Positions 14,977-23,889 of a stretch of DNA of 48,704 bases are shown one piece after another; the stretch's first letter is position 1, and each line of letters begins with the position of its first letter. Under the pieces are notes generated by a model, which had not been told where the DNA came from, did not search any database, and saw nothing but the letters and a program-made list of their open reading frames with translations. The stretch is taken from NCBI GenBank assembly GCA_043823645.1, contig JBDRAO010000024.1, positions 1 to 48,704 of the forward strand. Direction: 5' to 3'. This DNA is from a bacterium (GTDB lineage Bacteria; Patescibacteriota; WWE3; JBDRAO01). Both the position numbers and the translations under genes were made by a program.

Positions 14977-16368
14977 ATGCCTAGAAAACCATACTACATC
15001 ACCACTCCAATTTACTATGTGAACGATATCCCCCATGTGGGACACACTTGCACCACCTTGGTGGCCGATGTTTTGGCCCGCTACCAGAAAGAGCGAGGAA
15101 GAGAGGCGTTTTTTTTAACAGGTACCGATGAACACGGCGCCAAAATTGCCGAGGCGGCTAAAAAAGCGGGCAAGGAACCACAAGAGTTTACCAATGAAGT
15201 TTCCCAAAGATTTGTGGAGGCTTGGAAGCTCTTAAACTTTGAGTACGATTATTTTATCCGCACCACTAACCCCAAACACAAAACCCTAGCCCAAGGCTTT
15301 CTGCAAAGACTCTACGACCAGGGAGACATTTACAAAGGGCATTATGAAGGCCTTTACTGTGTGGGCTGTGAAAAATTTATAACTGAAAAGGAACTAGTAG
15401 ATGGTAAGTGTCCCCTGCACGAGCGGGAACCGGAAAAACAAAGTGAAGAAAATTACTTCTTTAAGCTTTCTGCCTACATCCCAAAAGTGAAGGAACTCAT
15501 TGAGAAAGACATTTTCAGAGTGTCGCCGGAAAACAAAAAGAAGGAGATTTTAAACAAAATTGAGGCGGGGGTGCGAGATCTTTCCATTAGCCGCGCCAAT
15601 GTTACCTGGGGCATACCAATTCCTTGGGACAGCCGCCAAACTATTTATGTCTGGTTTGAGGCGCTCCTTAATTACTGGACAGCACCACAAATGGTGGGAC
15701 AAGAACTTTGGCCGCCAGGAATACAATTTATTGGCAAGGAAATTGCCTGGTTCCACTGTGTCATTTGGCCAGCTATGCTGTTGTCTTACGGAGAAACATT
15801 ACCCAAAGAAGTCTTTGTGCACGACTTTTACAACTTAAAGGGCATTAAAATTAGTAAAAGTTTGGGTAATATGATAGGCCCTTCCGAGTTAGTGGAAAAA
15901 TTTGGGGTAGACGGCGCCCGCTACCTTTTGGCTGTTTTTTTCCCCCACTCTTCCGACACTGCTCTTGCTTGGGAACTTATGATCAACAAGTACAATGCCG
16001 ATTTGGCCAATGGGTTGGGTAATCTGGTGTCCCGTTTGGCAGCTCTGGCTGAGAAGAACCAAGTATCTCCCTACACCCCCTTTACCCCCCTTCCCCCCTT
16101 AACCCTCTGGGATGAGTATAATCTCCCTCAAATTTTAGAGGGAACTTGGGAAAAACTTCGCGCCTTGGACAAGGAACTCAATGAAAAACAACCCTGGAAA
16201 CTAGAGCCAGAAAAAGCCCGACCGGTGCTTTCAGAAATCATTGGCAAACTCCTGCAACTAAACTCCCAAATAAAACCCTTCCTTCCCCAAACCACTACCG
16301 CTATTGAAGCCGTCTTTGCCGCTAACCCAACTGAGGCTTTGAAAAAACCTCTTTTTCCAAGACTATGA
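14977..16368 (+). CDS. metG: Methionine--tRNA ligase (compact form)
   Basis: The start MPRKPYYITTPIYYVNDIPHVGH carries the HIGH motif. GIKISKSLGN is the KMSKS motif. CVGCEKF...CPLH is a zinc knuckle. The track start 14908 is probably too far upstream. Confidence 0.9.
   Translation: MPRKPYYITTPIYYVNDIPHVGHTCTTLVADVLARYQKERGREAFFLTGTDEHGAKIAEAAKKAGKEPQEFTNEVSQRFVEAWKLLNFEYDYFIRTTNPKHKTLAQGFLQRLYDQGDIYKGHYEGLYCVGCEKFITEKELVDGKCPLHEREPEKQSEENYFFKLSAYIPKVKELIEKDIFRVSPENKKKEILNKIEAGVRDLSISRANVTWGIPIPWDSRQTIYVWFEALLNYWTAPQMVGQELWPPGIQFIGKEIAWFHCVIWPAMLLSYGETLPKEVFVHDFYNLKGIKISKSLGNMIGPSELVEKFGVDGARYLLAVFFPHSSDTALAWELMINKYNADLANGLGNLVSRLAALAEKNQVSPYTPFTPLPPLTLWDEYNLPQILEGTWEKLRALDKELNEKQPWKLEPEKARPVLSEIIGKLLQLNSQIKPFLPQTTTAIEAVFAANPTEALKKPLFPRL
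16070..16108. repeat. Rep-A copy 1 (C-rich, in frame in metG; encodes PYTPFTPLPPLTL)
   Basis: ccctacaccccctttaccccccttccccccttaaccctc shares ccccttaacccc / ccccccttaccc blocks with the other four copies. Confidence 0.65.
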
Positions 16369-17717
16369 AAAAACATTGGCCCCTACTCCTAATTCTTTTT
16401 CTGGGACTGGCTTTGCGCCTTTATAAAATTACCGCCCGCGACTTTTGGTACGATGAGTCTTTTACAGCAGTTTTAATCTCCTGGGATTGGAGGGCAATGT
16501 GGCAAGGAATCCTAAATGATGTTCACCCACCCCTCTACTACTTGCTCTTAAAACCATTCTCTCTTCTTTTGGGCTGGACACCTTTTGGGTTGCGATTTTT
16601 TAGCACTCTCTTTTCCACGGCCAGCATTTTCTTAGTTTATAAAATTGGGGCTCGCTTTGCGCTAACGCACAAAGACAAGGCCGGGCTGGCGGCCGCTTTT
16701 ATAACTGCCATTGCCCCCTTTCAAATCCAGTATGCCCAAGAAGCCAGGCAATACGCTCTTATGGGTTTTTTGGCGCTTTGCGCTTTGTATTTTGTTATCA
16801 AAAAGCAAAGCAAGTTTAACTTTCTTTTGGCAGGAGCTTTTTTAAGCCTCACTTTCTTAACCCAATATGCAGGAATTTTGGTACTGCCGGCTATTTTAAT
16901 GGTAGCTTTTATCCTGACTTTTGAAAAAAGATTTAGGTTTTTCACTTTTGCCAAAAAGGCTTCCAAACGGATTATCCTCATTTCAATTCCCGTATCACTG
17001 GCTTTCTTGGCCTGGCTGCCAATTTTTAAAAGGCACCGAGAGAATATGGGAAACCCAGCCTGGATACCAAACCCCACTCTCTCGCGCTTTGCCCAAAGCA
17101 TTTACACTTTTGTTTTTGGTGAGTGGCCCAAACAAGCCGGGGTCAGTGTGCCCAATGAGAACTTTTTTGGCATTGGGACTGTCATCCTTGGCTTGGTTGT
17201 TTTAGTTTTTCTGGTGATTGTTTTAGCCAAAAGATGTAAACTTTCCAATTTTGCTTTTATCATCTTTACCCTTACTATTCTTTTGGAAAGTTATGTTTTG
17301 GCCCACTTTTTGGGCATTAATTTTTACATGGAGCGCTACCTTTTCACGGCTTCTTTTGGGATTTACATCAGTCTAGGGTTAGTGGCGGCAAGGTTGGAAA
17401 GCTTCAAAAAATTCACTGGGGTGGCGCTATTGGGGCTAATAACACTACTGACCATAACTATTAGACAAAAGCCTCTTGACCAGCGCTTTCAAACTTTGGC
17501 AAAAATTGTGCCGGAGGGAAAATACCAAACTATTGTAGCCACATCTCCTTTTGACTACCCCACCGCTATTTTCTACCTCTACAAGAAGGCTCCAAATTTC
17601 AAAGTTTACAATAAACAAAACCCAACCGAAGATCTCTCCGGCTGGGTTGTTATTGGCCCAAATCAAGTTGACTCTCTTTCAAACCTCAACCCCCAAACCA
17701 CCTTGGTACTGGATTAA
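16365..17717 (+). CDS. GT-C family glycosyltransferase (ArnT/PMT-like, family 39)
   Basis: 450 aa, polytopic. The N-terminus LALRLYKITARDFWYDESFT is typical of ArnT/PMT-type enzymes. ATGA overlap with the metG stop. Confidence 0.6.
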   Translation: MKKHWPLLLILFLGLALRLYKITARDFWYDESFTAVLISWDWRAMWQGILNDVHPPLYYLLLKPFSLLLGWTPFGLRFFSTLFSTASIFLVYKIGARFALTHKDKAGLAAAFITAIAPFQIQYAQEARQYALMGFLALCALYFVIKKQSKFNFLLAGAFLSLTFLTQYAGILVLPAILMVAFILTFEKRFRFFTFAKKASKRIILISIPVSLAFLAWLPIFKRHRENMGNPAWIPNPTLSRFAQSIYTFVFGEWPKQAGVSVPNENFFGIGTVILGLVVLVFLVIVLAKRCKLSNFAFIIFTLTILLESYVLAHFLGINFYMERYLFTASFGIYISLGLVAARLESFKKFTGVALLGLITLLTITIRQKPLDQRFQTLAKIVPEGKYQTIVATSPFDYPTAIFYLYKKAPNFKVYNKQNPTEDLSGWVVIGPNQVDSLSNLNPQTTLVLD

Positions 17718-17733
17718 TAAACCCAGATGCCAC

Positions 17734-18000
17734 CTACTCCAACGCACCGTGGCTCACATCGAGCCCAAAGAAACCAGGCTCGATCCCAATATGTTCGGCG
17801 TACTCTCCCGTCTGGACCGGAATGGTGTAGAAAGTGGCAGGACTTCCAATACCAACCGCAATGTAGGGCAGTTCGGTAGTCCCAGGCCTCACGACAACAT
17901 AGTTGGGAGCCTCGCCGTCTCTAACGATGGCAGTTTTGATAGCCGCCCTTGCACTCTCCACAAAATCCTCGCCAATCTCGTGCGTACTCAAACGATACAT
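17734..18000 (-). CDS. Hypothetical small protein
   Basis: Proposed start is ATG 18000 (MYRLSTHEIGEDF), preceded by aaaggag with a 6-nt spacer. The track start 18108 lacks an RBS. No recognisable domain. Confidence 0.4.
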   Translation of the reverse strand: MYRLSTHEIGEDFVESARAAIKTAIVRDGEAPNYVVVRPGTTELPYIAVGIGSPATFYTIPVQTGEYAEHIGIEPGFFGLDVSHGALE

Positions 18001-18173
18001 CTGTAACTCCTTTCTTTTTTTGCAAGATTTAACTAACTCAACAACAGTACACCAAATTTGGCTAATTTGCAAACTAGGGGGCAAGGCCGGAGCAAAAAGC
18101 CACTCCATAAATTTAGTAGTAATTTATGGACCCTTGTCAACAAATTTATGCTAAATTTGTGGGGTAAGAACGA

Positions 18174-21017
18174 CTAAACTTTATAGGCGTGGGGGCAAAG
18201 GTCGCGGAAATCACAGTATTTGCAAAGGAGGGAAGGTTTGGCAGGGAAATCGGAGGTTTTAATGTCGGCAATTGCTTGGGCCACCTTGTCTTTGGCTGTA
18301 TCTAGCTGTTTGGCAGTGCGCGCGGTAGTGGCCTTTTGCCCCGTTTCCAAAAAGTAGAGCGCCAAAGAGTGGGGCATAATACCCAAAACATCGCGAGCCG
18401 CCAGGGCATAAATAGTCAGCTGGTCATCTTTGGCTACAAACTTGGCCTTACTATCGGAGCCGGTTTTATAATCAATAATTTCATACTTTTCTTCCCCAAC
18501 CTTATCTACCCTATCAATTGAGCCTATCAGTTTAGTACCTTCTATATTAAGGGTAAACTTTTTTTCTAAAAAAAGCGGCTCTCCCAGCTTTTGCCCATGC
18601 TCTTTGTAGTAGCGTTCCAAAATAACCCTGCCATCCTCAAAGCGCATTTGTTTGTGTCGGGCATGCTCATAGCCTTCACTATTTTCCTTAAAGTGACCCT
18701 CGTAAAGTTCCAGCAACCTTTTGAGTGAGGTATCTTTGAACAAATCCTCGCGGTGCCAGTCACGCAAAGTGCGGTGCATGGTTTGGCCAAAACTCAAAGA
18801 GTGCGAAGGCAGGGTAGGGATGCCTAAAACATAGCGATACTGGTATTTTTTGGGGCACTGCTTAAAGGTTTCTAGTTGGGAGTAGGAGACATAGGTCATA
18901 TTGGTCGTATAAGACTTATTAACTGTTTCAGCAAACGAAACGGCTTGGGGTACTGTAACGGCAACTTTTTGGGTAAAGGGCTGGGAAGTTTTGAGTTTTG
19001 AACTTTGAGTTTTTTGCAACTCACCCAAAAAACCGGAGGGTTTTCTTTCGCGCGCGCCGCCGTAATCCCTGGCCCAGCTCAAAAACACCCCTTCTTTGGC
19101 CCGAGTAAGACCGACATAAAAAAGTCGGCGCTCCTCTTGAAGATGGTAATTACCGGAAGGCAAAATTTCCTTAATTAAAGCTTCAGGGATTGCAATGGGG
19201 TCAGACCGATTGATAGAGGGAAAGCGACCCGCCACCAAGGAGGGCATAAAGACATATTTGAATTCCAACCCCTTGGCACTGTGAATAGTGAGTAGGTTCA
19301 CAGTATCTACATCTTCAATCTCCGCCTGGGCCGGATTGTCTCCGGCTTCTTTTAAAACTTGGAGCCAATCGGCCAGCTCGTAAATGTTAGGCTCATCGGC
19401 TGATTGCTCGTATTGTTTCACTTTTTCGAAAAACAAATTAATGTTTTTTATTTTGAGGCGATTGGCAATTGATTCTTCTTTGGTAAAACTTTCAAGGTAC
19501 CTAAGTTTAGCCAGTATCTCAAAAAGCAAACGGGTGGGAGACTTTTTTTCCAAATCTTTTCTAAAAGTTTGCAGTAGGACGGCCGCATTGACAACTGTTG
19601 GGTTTTCACTTACCAAAACTGTCTCATAGAGACTTTTTTTCTCTCGGCGGGCCGATTGCACTAGCTCTTGAATAATGGCCGAATCTAATTTCAAAAAAAG
19701 TGGCGCCGTTAAGAGTCTAAAAAGGGCCACGCTGTCTTGCGAATTGGCCAGCCATTGAATAAGCGAGATCAGTACCCTAACTTCCTCCTGATCAAAAAGA
19801 CCCCGATTGCCAATCAGTTGATAGGGGATACCGGCATGGCGCAAGGCTTGAACATACGGCGTCAGTTGAGAGTTGGATCGGGCCAGAATGGCAAAATCTT
19901 TGTAAAATAGCTGTTGGGCGCTGGCTACTGGCTTCTGGCTTTTCTCTATTGTTGTGAGGATTTTACCGACCACCCCCAAAGCCTCTTCCTGCTCGGTAGC
20001 GTACTCTGCAATTTCCACCTGGCACGGCCAATCCACTTGAGACTGCAGTTCCTTGTTTATTTTTTCTTTTACTTCCAAACGGTCGGGGTTGTTGCCTTGA
20101 ATGAGTTTATAGGCGCTGTCTAGTATTTTTTGCCCTGAGCGATAGTTTTTAGAAAGCACCACTGTTTCGGCTTTAGGGTAAGTTTTCCTAAACTCTAAAA
20201 TGTTAGAGAGGGAAGCACCCCGAAAACGGTAAATGGCCTGGTCATCATCCCCCACTACCACTATTCGAATAGTTGGATAATCAGAAGGGCACAGCAGTTT
20301 TACCAGTTCAAACTGCGCCAGGTTTGTGTCTTGGAACTCATCTACCAAAATATACTTAAACTGTTGGCGGTATTTTTCCAAAACGGCCGGCCGTTCCTTA
20401 AAAAGCCTTAAACACCAAAGAATTAGATCACCAAAATCGAGTTTATTCTCTTTTAGTTTAAGGCTTTCATAAAAAGAGTAGGCGTGGGCCAGCTCTTGGT
20501 ACTTTTCTTTTTCCTCGCCTTCATACTTTTTTACCCAGGCTTCAAACTCGGGCGGGGTAATAGCCTCATCTTGCAAACGAGAAAAAAATTTTAAGCTGGC
20601 GCCAATAAATTTGTTAGGGTTTCCCAAGGGTCTAAAATAGGTCAAATTAAAATCGAAAAGGTTTTCTTTAATAAGTAAGTACTGCTGAGGAAAGGAAATA
20701 ATTTTATAGGAAGAGGAAAGGCCCAACTCTAAACCGGACTCCTGTAAAACACGGTCGGCAAAGCGGTGAAAAGTCAAAACCCAAGGCTCAGTGTAACCCA
20801 GGGGCATTGAATCTCCCAAACGGTTAAGCATCTCCTCGGCCGCTTTTTGGGTAAAAGTAAGCGCCAAGATTTCCTCCGGACGGGCCTTGCCTTTTTTCAA
20901 CAAAGATTTAATGCGCTCGGTAATCACCCGCGTTTTCCCGCTCCCCGGCCCGGCCACTACTAGCAAGGCCCCCGCCTCATGTTTTACTACACGGCTTTGC
21001 TCTGGGTTAAGTTTCAT
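18174..21017 (-). CDS. UvrD/PcrA-type helicase fused to a C-terminal RecB/Cas4-type PD-(D/E)XK nuclease
   Basis: Start is MKLNPEQSRVV (ATG 21017). Helicase motifs AGPGSGKT, VDEFQDT and VGDDDQAIYRFRGA. C-terminal nuclease motifs GSIDRVD...IIDYKTG...QLTIYA, plus Cys ligands CPKKY and CKYCDFRDLC. Confidence 0.85.
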   Translation of the reverse strand: MKLNPEQSRVVKHEAGALLVVAGPGSGKTRVITERIKSLLKKGKARPEEILALTFTQKAAEEMLNRLGDSMPLGYTEPWVLTFHRFADRVLQESGLELGLSSSYKIISFPQQYLLIKENLFDFNLTYFRPLGNPNKFIGASLKFFSRLQDEAITPPEFEAWVKKYEGEEKEKYQELAHAYSFYESLKLKENKLDFGDLILWCLRLFKERPAVLEKYRQQFKYILVDEFQDTNLAQFELVKLLCPSDYPTIRIVVVGDDDQAIYRFRGASLSNILEFRKTYPKAETVVLSKNYRSGQKILDSAYKLIQGNNPDRLEVKEKINKELQSQVDWPCQVEIAEYATEQEEALGVVGKILTTIEKSQKPVASAQQLFYKDFAILARSNSQLTPYVQALRHAGIPYQLIGNRGLFDQEEVRVLISLIQWLANSQDSVALFRLLTAPLFLKLDSAIIQELVQSARREKKSLYETVLVSENPTVVNAAVLLQTFRKDLEKKSPTRLLFEILAKLRYLESFTKEESIANRLKIKNINLFFEKVKQYEQSADEPNIYELADWLQVLKEAGDNPAQAEIEDVDTVNLLTIHSAKGLEFKYVFMPSLVAGRFPSINRSDPIAIPEALIKEILPSGNYHLQEERRLFYVGLTRAKEGVFLSWARDYGGARERKPSGFLGELQKTQSSKLKTSQPFTQKVAVTVPQAVSFAETVNKSYTTNMTYVSYSQLETFKQCPKKYQYRYVLGIPTLPSHSLSFGQTMHRTLRDWHREDLFKDTSLKRLLELYEGHFKENSEGYEHARHKQMRFEDGRVILERYYKEHGQKLGEPLFLEKKFTLNIEGTKLIGSIDRVDKVGEEKYEIIDYKTGSDSKAKFVAKDDQLTIYALAARDVLGIMPHSLALYFLETGQKATTARTAKQLDTAKDKVAQAIADIKTSDFPAKPSLLCKYCDFRDLCPHAYKV
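20258..20278. repeat. Rep-E copy 3, in frame inside the helicase (encodes DYPTIRI next to motif VGDDDQ)
   Basis: ccactattcgaatagttggat. The right half is identical to the Rep-E palindrome and the left half has a 1-nt deletion. Confidence 0.65.
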
Positions 21018-21048
21018 AAAACCAGTGTAGCACCAATAAGTAACACAG

Positions 21049-21062
21049 GTTACATATGTAAC
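21049..21062. promoter_or_regulatory. Perfect 14-bp palindrome GTTACATATGTAAC in the helicase/dnaA divergent region
   Basis: Read directly. Flanked by a further gtaaca half-site. Confidence 0.3.
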
Positions 21063-21134
21063 ATACAAAAAAGATAGCTTTGCCCCGAGCCTATCGAGGG
21101 CTACCAGCCCCAAGCCTGTTGAAGTGTTGACACT

Positions 21135-21143
21135 TTATGCACA
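21135..21143 (+). promoter_or_regulatory. DnaA-box-like 9-mer TTATGCACA upstream of dnaA
   Basis: Matches the TTATNCACA consensus. It directly follows a TTGACA hexamer (21127-21132). Confidence 0.35.
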
Positions 21144-21184
21144 AAGACTTAATGTGAATTTATACCCTTCCTGCCCCAAAAGAC

Positions 21185-22546
21185 ATGCTTGAAAACCCAA
21201 ACCTTACCACAATATGGCAGAAAGTCTTAAACTCTTTGGAAGTGGACTTATCCCCAGCTGTCTTTAACACTTTTTTTAGAAGCACCCGTGTTTTAAAACA
21301 GGAAAATAACATCTTTACCATTGCCGTTTCCGACACTTATCAAAAAGAAAATCTGGAATTGCGCTACTATGCCCAAATTAAAACAGTGCTGGATGACATA
21401 GTAAGCGAAAAAACCGAACTGATCTTTAAGATCAGCGCTCCCCAAGAAACAGAACACAAAGGAAATTTGGGACCCCTGTTCAAAAAAGAGGATAACAGTG
21501 AGCAACACTCTCTATGTCTTGCCAAGGCCAAAGAGGCCGGCCTGGCTCCCTTTTACACTTTTGATTCGTTTATAGTGGGCGCCAACAACAATGTGGCCCA
21601 CGCCACAGCGGAAGCTATTACTAAAAATCCGGGGCAAATGTACAACCCCCTTTTCATATACTCTGGGGTGGGCCTTGGAAAAACGCATCTTATTCAAGCC
21701 ATTGGCAATGAGATTATAAAAGAGCACCCCCATCTTAAAGTGCTTTATTGTACCGGAGAGAGTTTTATGAACGAGCTTTTGGAAGCCATTGGCAATAGAA
21801 GAACTGCCTTTTTTAGAAAAAAATTCCGCGCCGCCGATGTTTGGATTATAGATGACGCCCAATTCATTGCCGGTCGCGAATCTACTCAAGAAGAATTCTT
21901 TAACACCTTTAACACTCTCTACCAGGAAAAAAAACAGGTAATCTTAGCCTCGGATCGCGCTCCCCGCGACATTTCCAAACTGGAAGAACGGCTCTCCTCC
22001 CGCTTTGCGGCCGGTATGATAACCCGCCTCGACCCACCCGATTTGGAAATGCGTATTGTTCTTTTGCGCCAAAAGAGGCAGGAGAATAATTTTACTGTGA
22101 GTGACGAAATTTTAGAAACAGTGGCGCGCCTGGTGTCTGCCAATATTCGCGAACTGGAAGGAGCCCTCCTGCAGGTAGTCTCGCACGCGGCCGCCAAGAA
22201 AGAACCATTGTCAAAAGAAATGGTGTTTGAAATTCTAGGTAAGGGCGAGAAAGATTTCAAATTAAGCCGCGCTCCCAAAAAAATGATCCGCAATGTGGCC
22301 CAACACTACGACATTTTAATAAAAGATTTAAAAGGCCGGTCACGCAAGGCAGACATTGTCCTGCCACGGCAGGTTTGTATGTATCTTTTAAGAATAGATT
22401 GCGATCTGCCCTTGGAAAGTGTGGGGGAACTGCTGGGCGGGCGGGACCACACCACCATAATGCACGGGGTCGCCAAGATTGAAAACAAGGCGCAAAAAGA
22501 TAGTTCCTTTAAAAAAGAAATCCACAACTTATCCACCCAGTTCTAA
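21185..22546 (+). CDS. dnaA: Chromosomal replication initiator DnaA
   Basis: 453 aa. FDSFIVGANN, SGVGLGKTHL, IIDDAQF and the C-terminal GGRDHTTIMHG. Confidence 0.95.
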   Translation: MLENPNLTTIWQKVLNSLEVDLSPAVFNTFFRSTRVLKQENNIFTIAVSDTYQKENLELRYYAQIKTVLDDIVSEKTELIFKISAPQETEHKGNLGPLFKKEDNSEQHSLCLAKAKEAGLAPFYTFDSFIVGANNNVAHATAEAITKNPGQMYNPLFIYSGVGLGKTHLIQAIGNEIIKEHPHLKVLYCTGESFMNELLEAIGNRRTAFFRKKFRAADVWIIDDAQFIAGRESTQEEFFNTFNTLYQEKKQVILASDRAPRDISKLEERLSSRFAAGMITRLDPPDLEMRIVLLRQKRQENNFTVSDEILETVARLVSANIRELEGALLQVVSHAAAKKEPLSKEMVFEILGKGEKDFKLSRAPKKMIRNVAQHYDILIKDLKGRSRKADIVLPRQVCMYLLRIDCDLPLESVGELLGGRDHTTIMHGVAKIENKAQKDSSFKKEIHNLSTQF

Positions 22547-22684
22547 ACATCCTTCCGAGACTACCCCACACACAAAAACAGCCTAAACAGGGAAAGAAAG
22601 CAATCTAGCAATCAAAAAACGCCGCCACAAAAGCAAGGCAACTTTTTCAACAAGCCAAAGCTTGAGATTTGTAACCCCCAACCC

Positions 22685-22713
22685 CACTTTTCCACTTTTC
22701 CACTTTTCCACTC
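22685..22713. repeat. Tandem 8-mer cacttttc x3.5, giving three overlapping TTTTCCACT DnaA-box-like 9-mers
   Basis: Read directly. Followed by an AT-rich tract (actaattttattataatgtttag). Confidence 0.45.
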
Positions 22714-22755
22714 TTTCTACTACCACTACTACTAATTTTATTATAATGTTTAGTA

Positions 22756-23889
22756 GTGAAACTACTAATAGCATGTCTAATTGGTAAATTGGGAGCCGTT
22801 TTTTTAAAAATACTTGGGTTTTCGGCCTCCACCTGGCCGGGACACCTGAGTTTAAAGCTTGATCCCCACTTGGTAGAAAAGCTTGAGAGCAGGTTACCCT
22901 GTGGTTCTGTGGTAGTGAGCGGTACCAATGGTAAAACCACCACCGCCAATATGATTGCCTATGTTTTAACTAAGGCTGGTTACCAGGTAATCCACAATAA
23001 CCTTTCCGCCAATTTGCTTAACGGCATCGCTACCTCTTTAGTTTTATCCACCAAACTTACCGGTACTTATCCACATTATGGGGATAAGTCGGTGGGGGTT
23101 TTTGAAATTGACGAGGCGGTTTTCCCAAAAGCTTTGAGCCGGTTTACTCCCGAGGTGGTGGTTTTACTTAATCTCTCCCGAGATCAACTTGATCGCTATG
23201 GTGAGGTGGATCTTTTGGTTTCCAAGTGGCGTGAGGCTTTGCTGGGTTTGGAGAGGCAGGGTTCTTTTCCCAAGGTGGTTTACTGCTCGGATGATAAAAG
23301 GCTGCAAGAAGTGGTGGGGGGTTTTCCGGAGGAGCTGTCGTGCCCAGTCTTGAAACAGCCGCAGTTTTCCCAAACAAATGTCCGGTTTGCTGTTACGGTA
23401 GCTTCTTTGCTGGGAGTTTCTGCAAAAAGGGCAGAGGCTCTTTTGGCAGAATTCCGGCCCGTGTTTGGGAGGGGGGAAGCGGTCTTGTGGCACGCCAGCC
23501 GGTTTCACCTCTATTTAGCTAAGAACCCCCAAAGCTTCAATGAAAACCTAAAATTTTGGCTCAATAAAGCCGGACCAAAGACAGCTTTTTGGCTTCTTCT
23601 CAACGATAACATTCCGGATGGCAGGGATGTCTCTTGGATTTGGGATATAGACTCGGCTTTACTTTTTAAGCTACTTAGGGGCCGAGCGGTGTATATATCC
23701 GGCAGGCGAGCTTATGATATGGCCTTGCGTTTAAAGTATGCCGGTCTTGATTCTAATTTATTGGTGGTGACTCGCAAGGTAAGAGAGGCGGCCGAAAATA
23801 TTGCCGCCACTCAAAAAGAAGTGGTGGTTTTTCCCACTTACTCGGCTATGCTTGAGGTGAGAAAAGTCTTAACAGGAAAGAGAATATGA
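22756..23889 (+). CDS. murT: Mur-ligase-family protein MurT (lipid II isoglutaminyl synthase subunit)
   Basis: GTG start. VVSGTNGKTTTANM P-loop and the C-terminal DUF1727-like GRDVSWIWDID. Paired with gatD. Confidence 0.8.
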   Translation: MKLLIACLIGKLGAVFLKILGFSASTWPGHLSLKLDPHLVEKLESRLPCGSVVVSGTNGKTTTANMIAYVLTKAGYQVIHNNLSANLLNGIATSLVLSTKLTGTYPHYGDKSVGVFEIDEAVFPKALSRFTPEVVVLLNLSRDQLDRYGEVDLLVSKWREALLGLERQGSFPKVVYCSDDKRLQEVVGGFPEELSCPVLKQPQFSQTNVRFAVTVASLLGVSAKRAEALLAEFRPVFGRGEAVLWHASRFHLYLAKNPQSFNENLKFWLNKAGPKTAFWLLLNDNIPDGRDVSWIWDIDSALLFKLLRGRAVYISGRRAYDMALRLKYAGLDSNLLVVTRKVREAAENIAATQKEVVVFPTYSAMLEVRKVLTGKRI

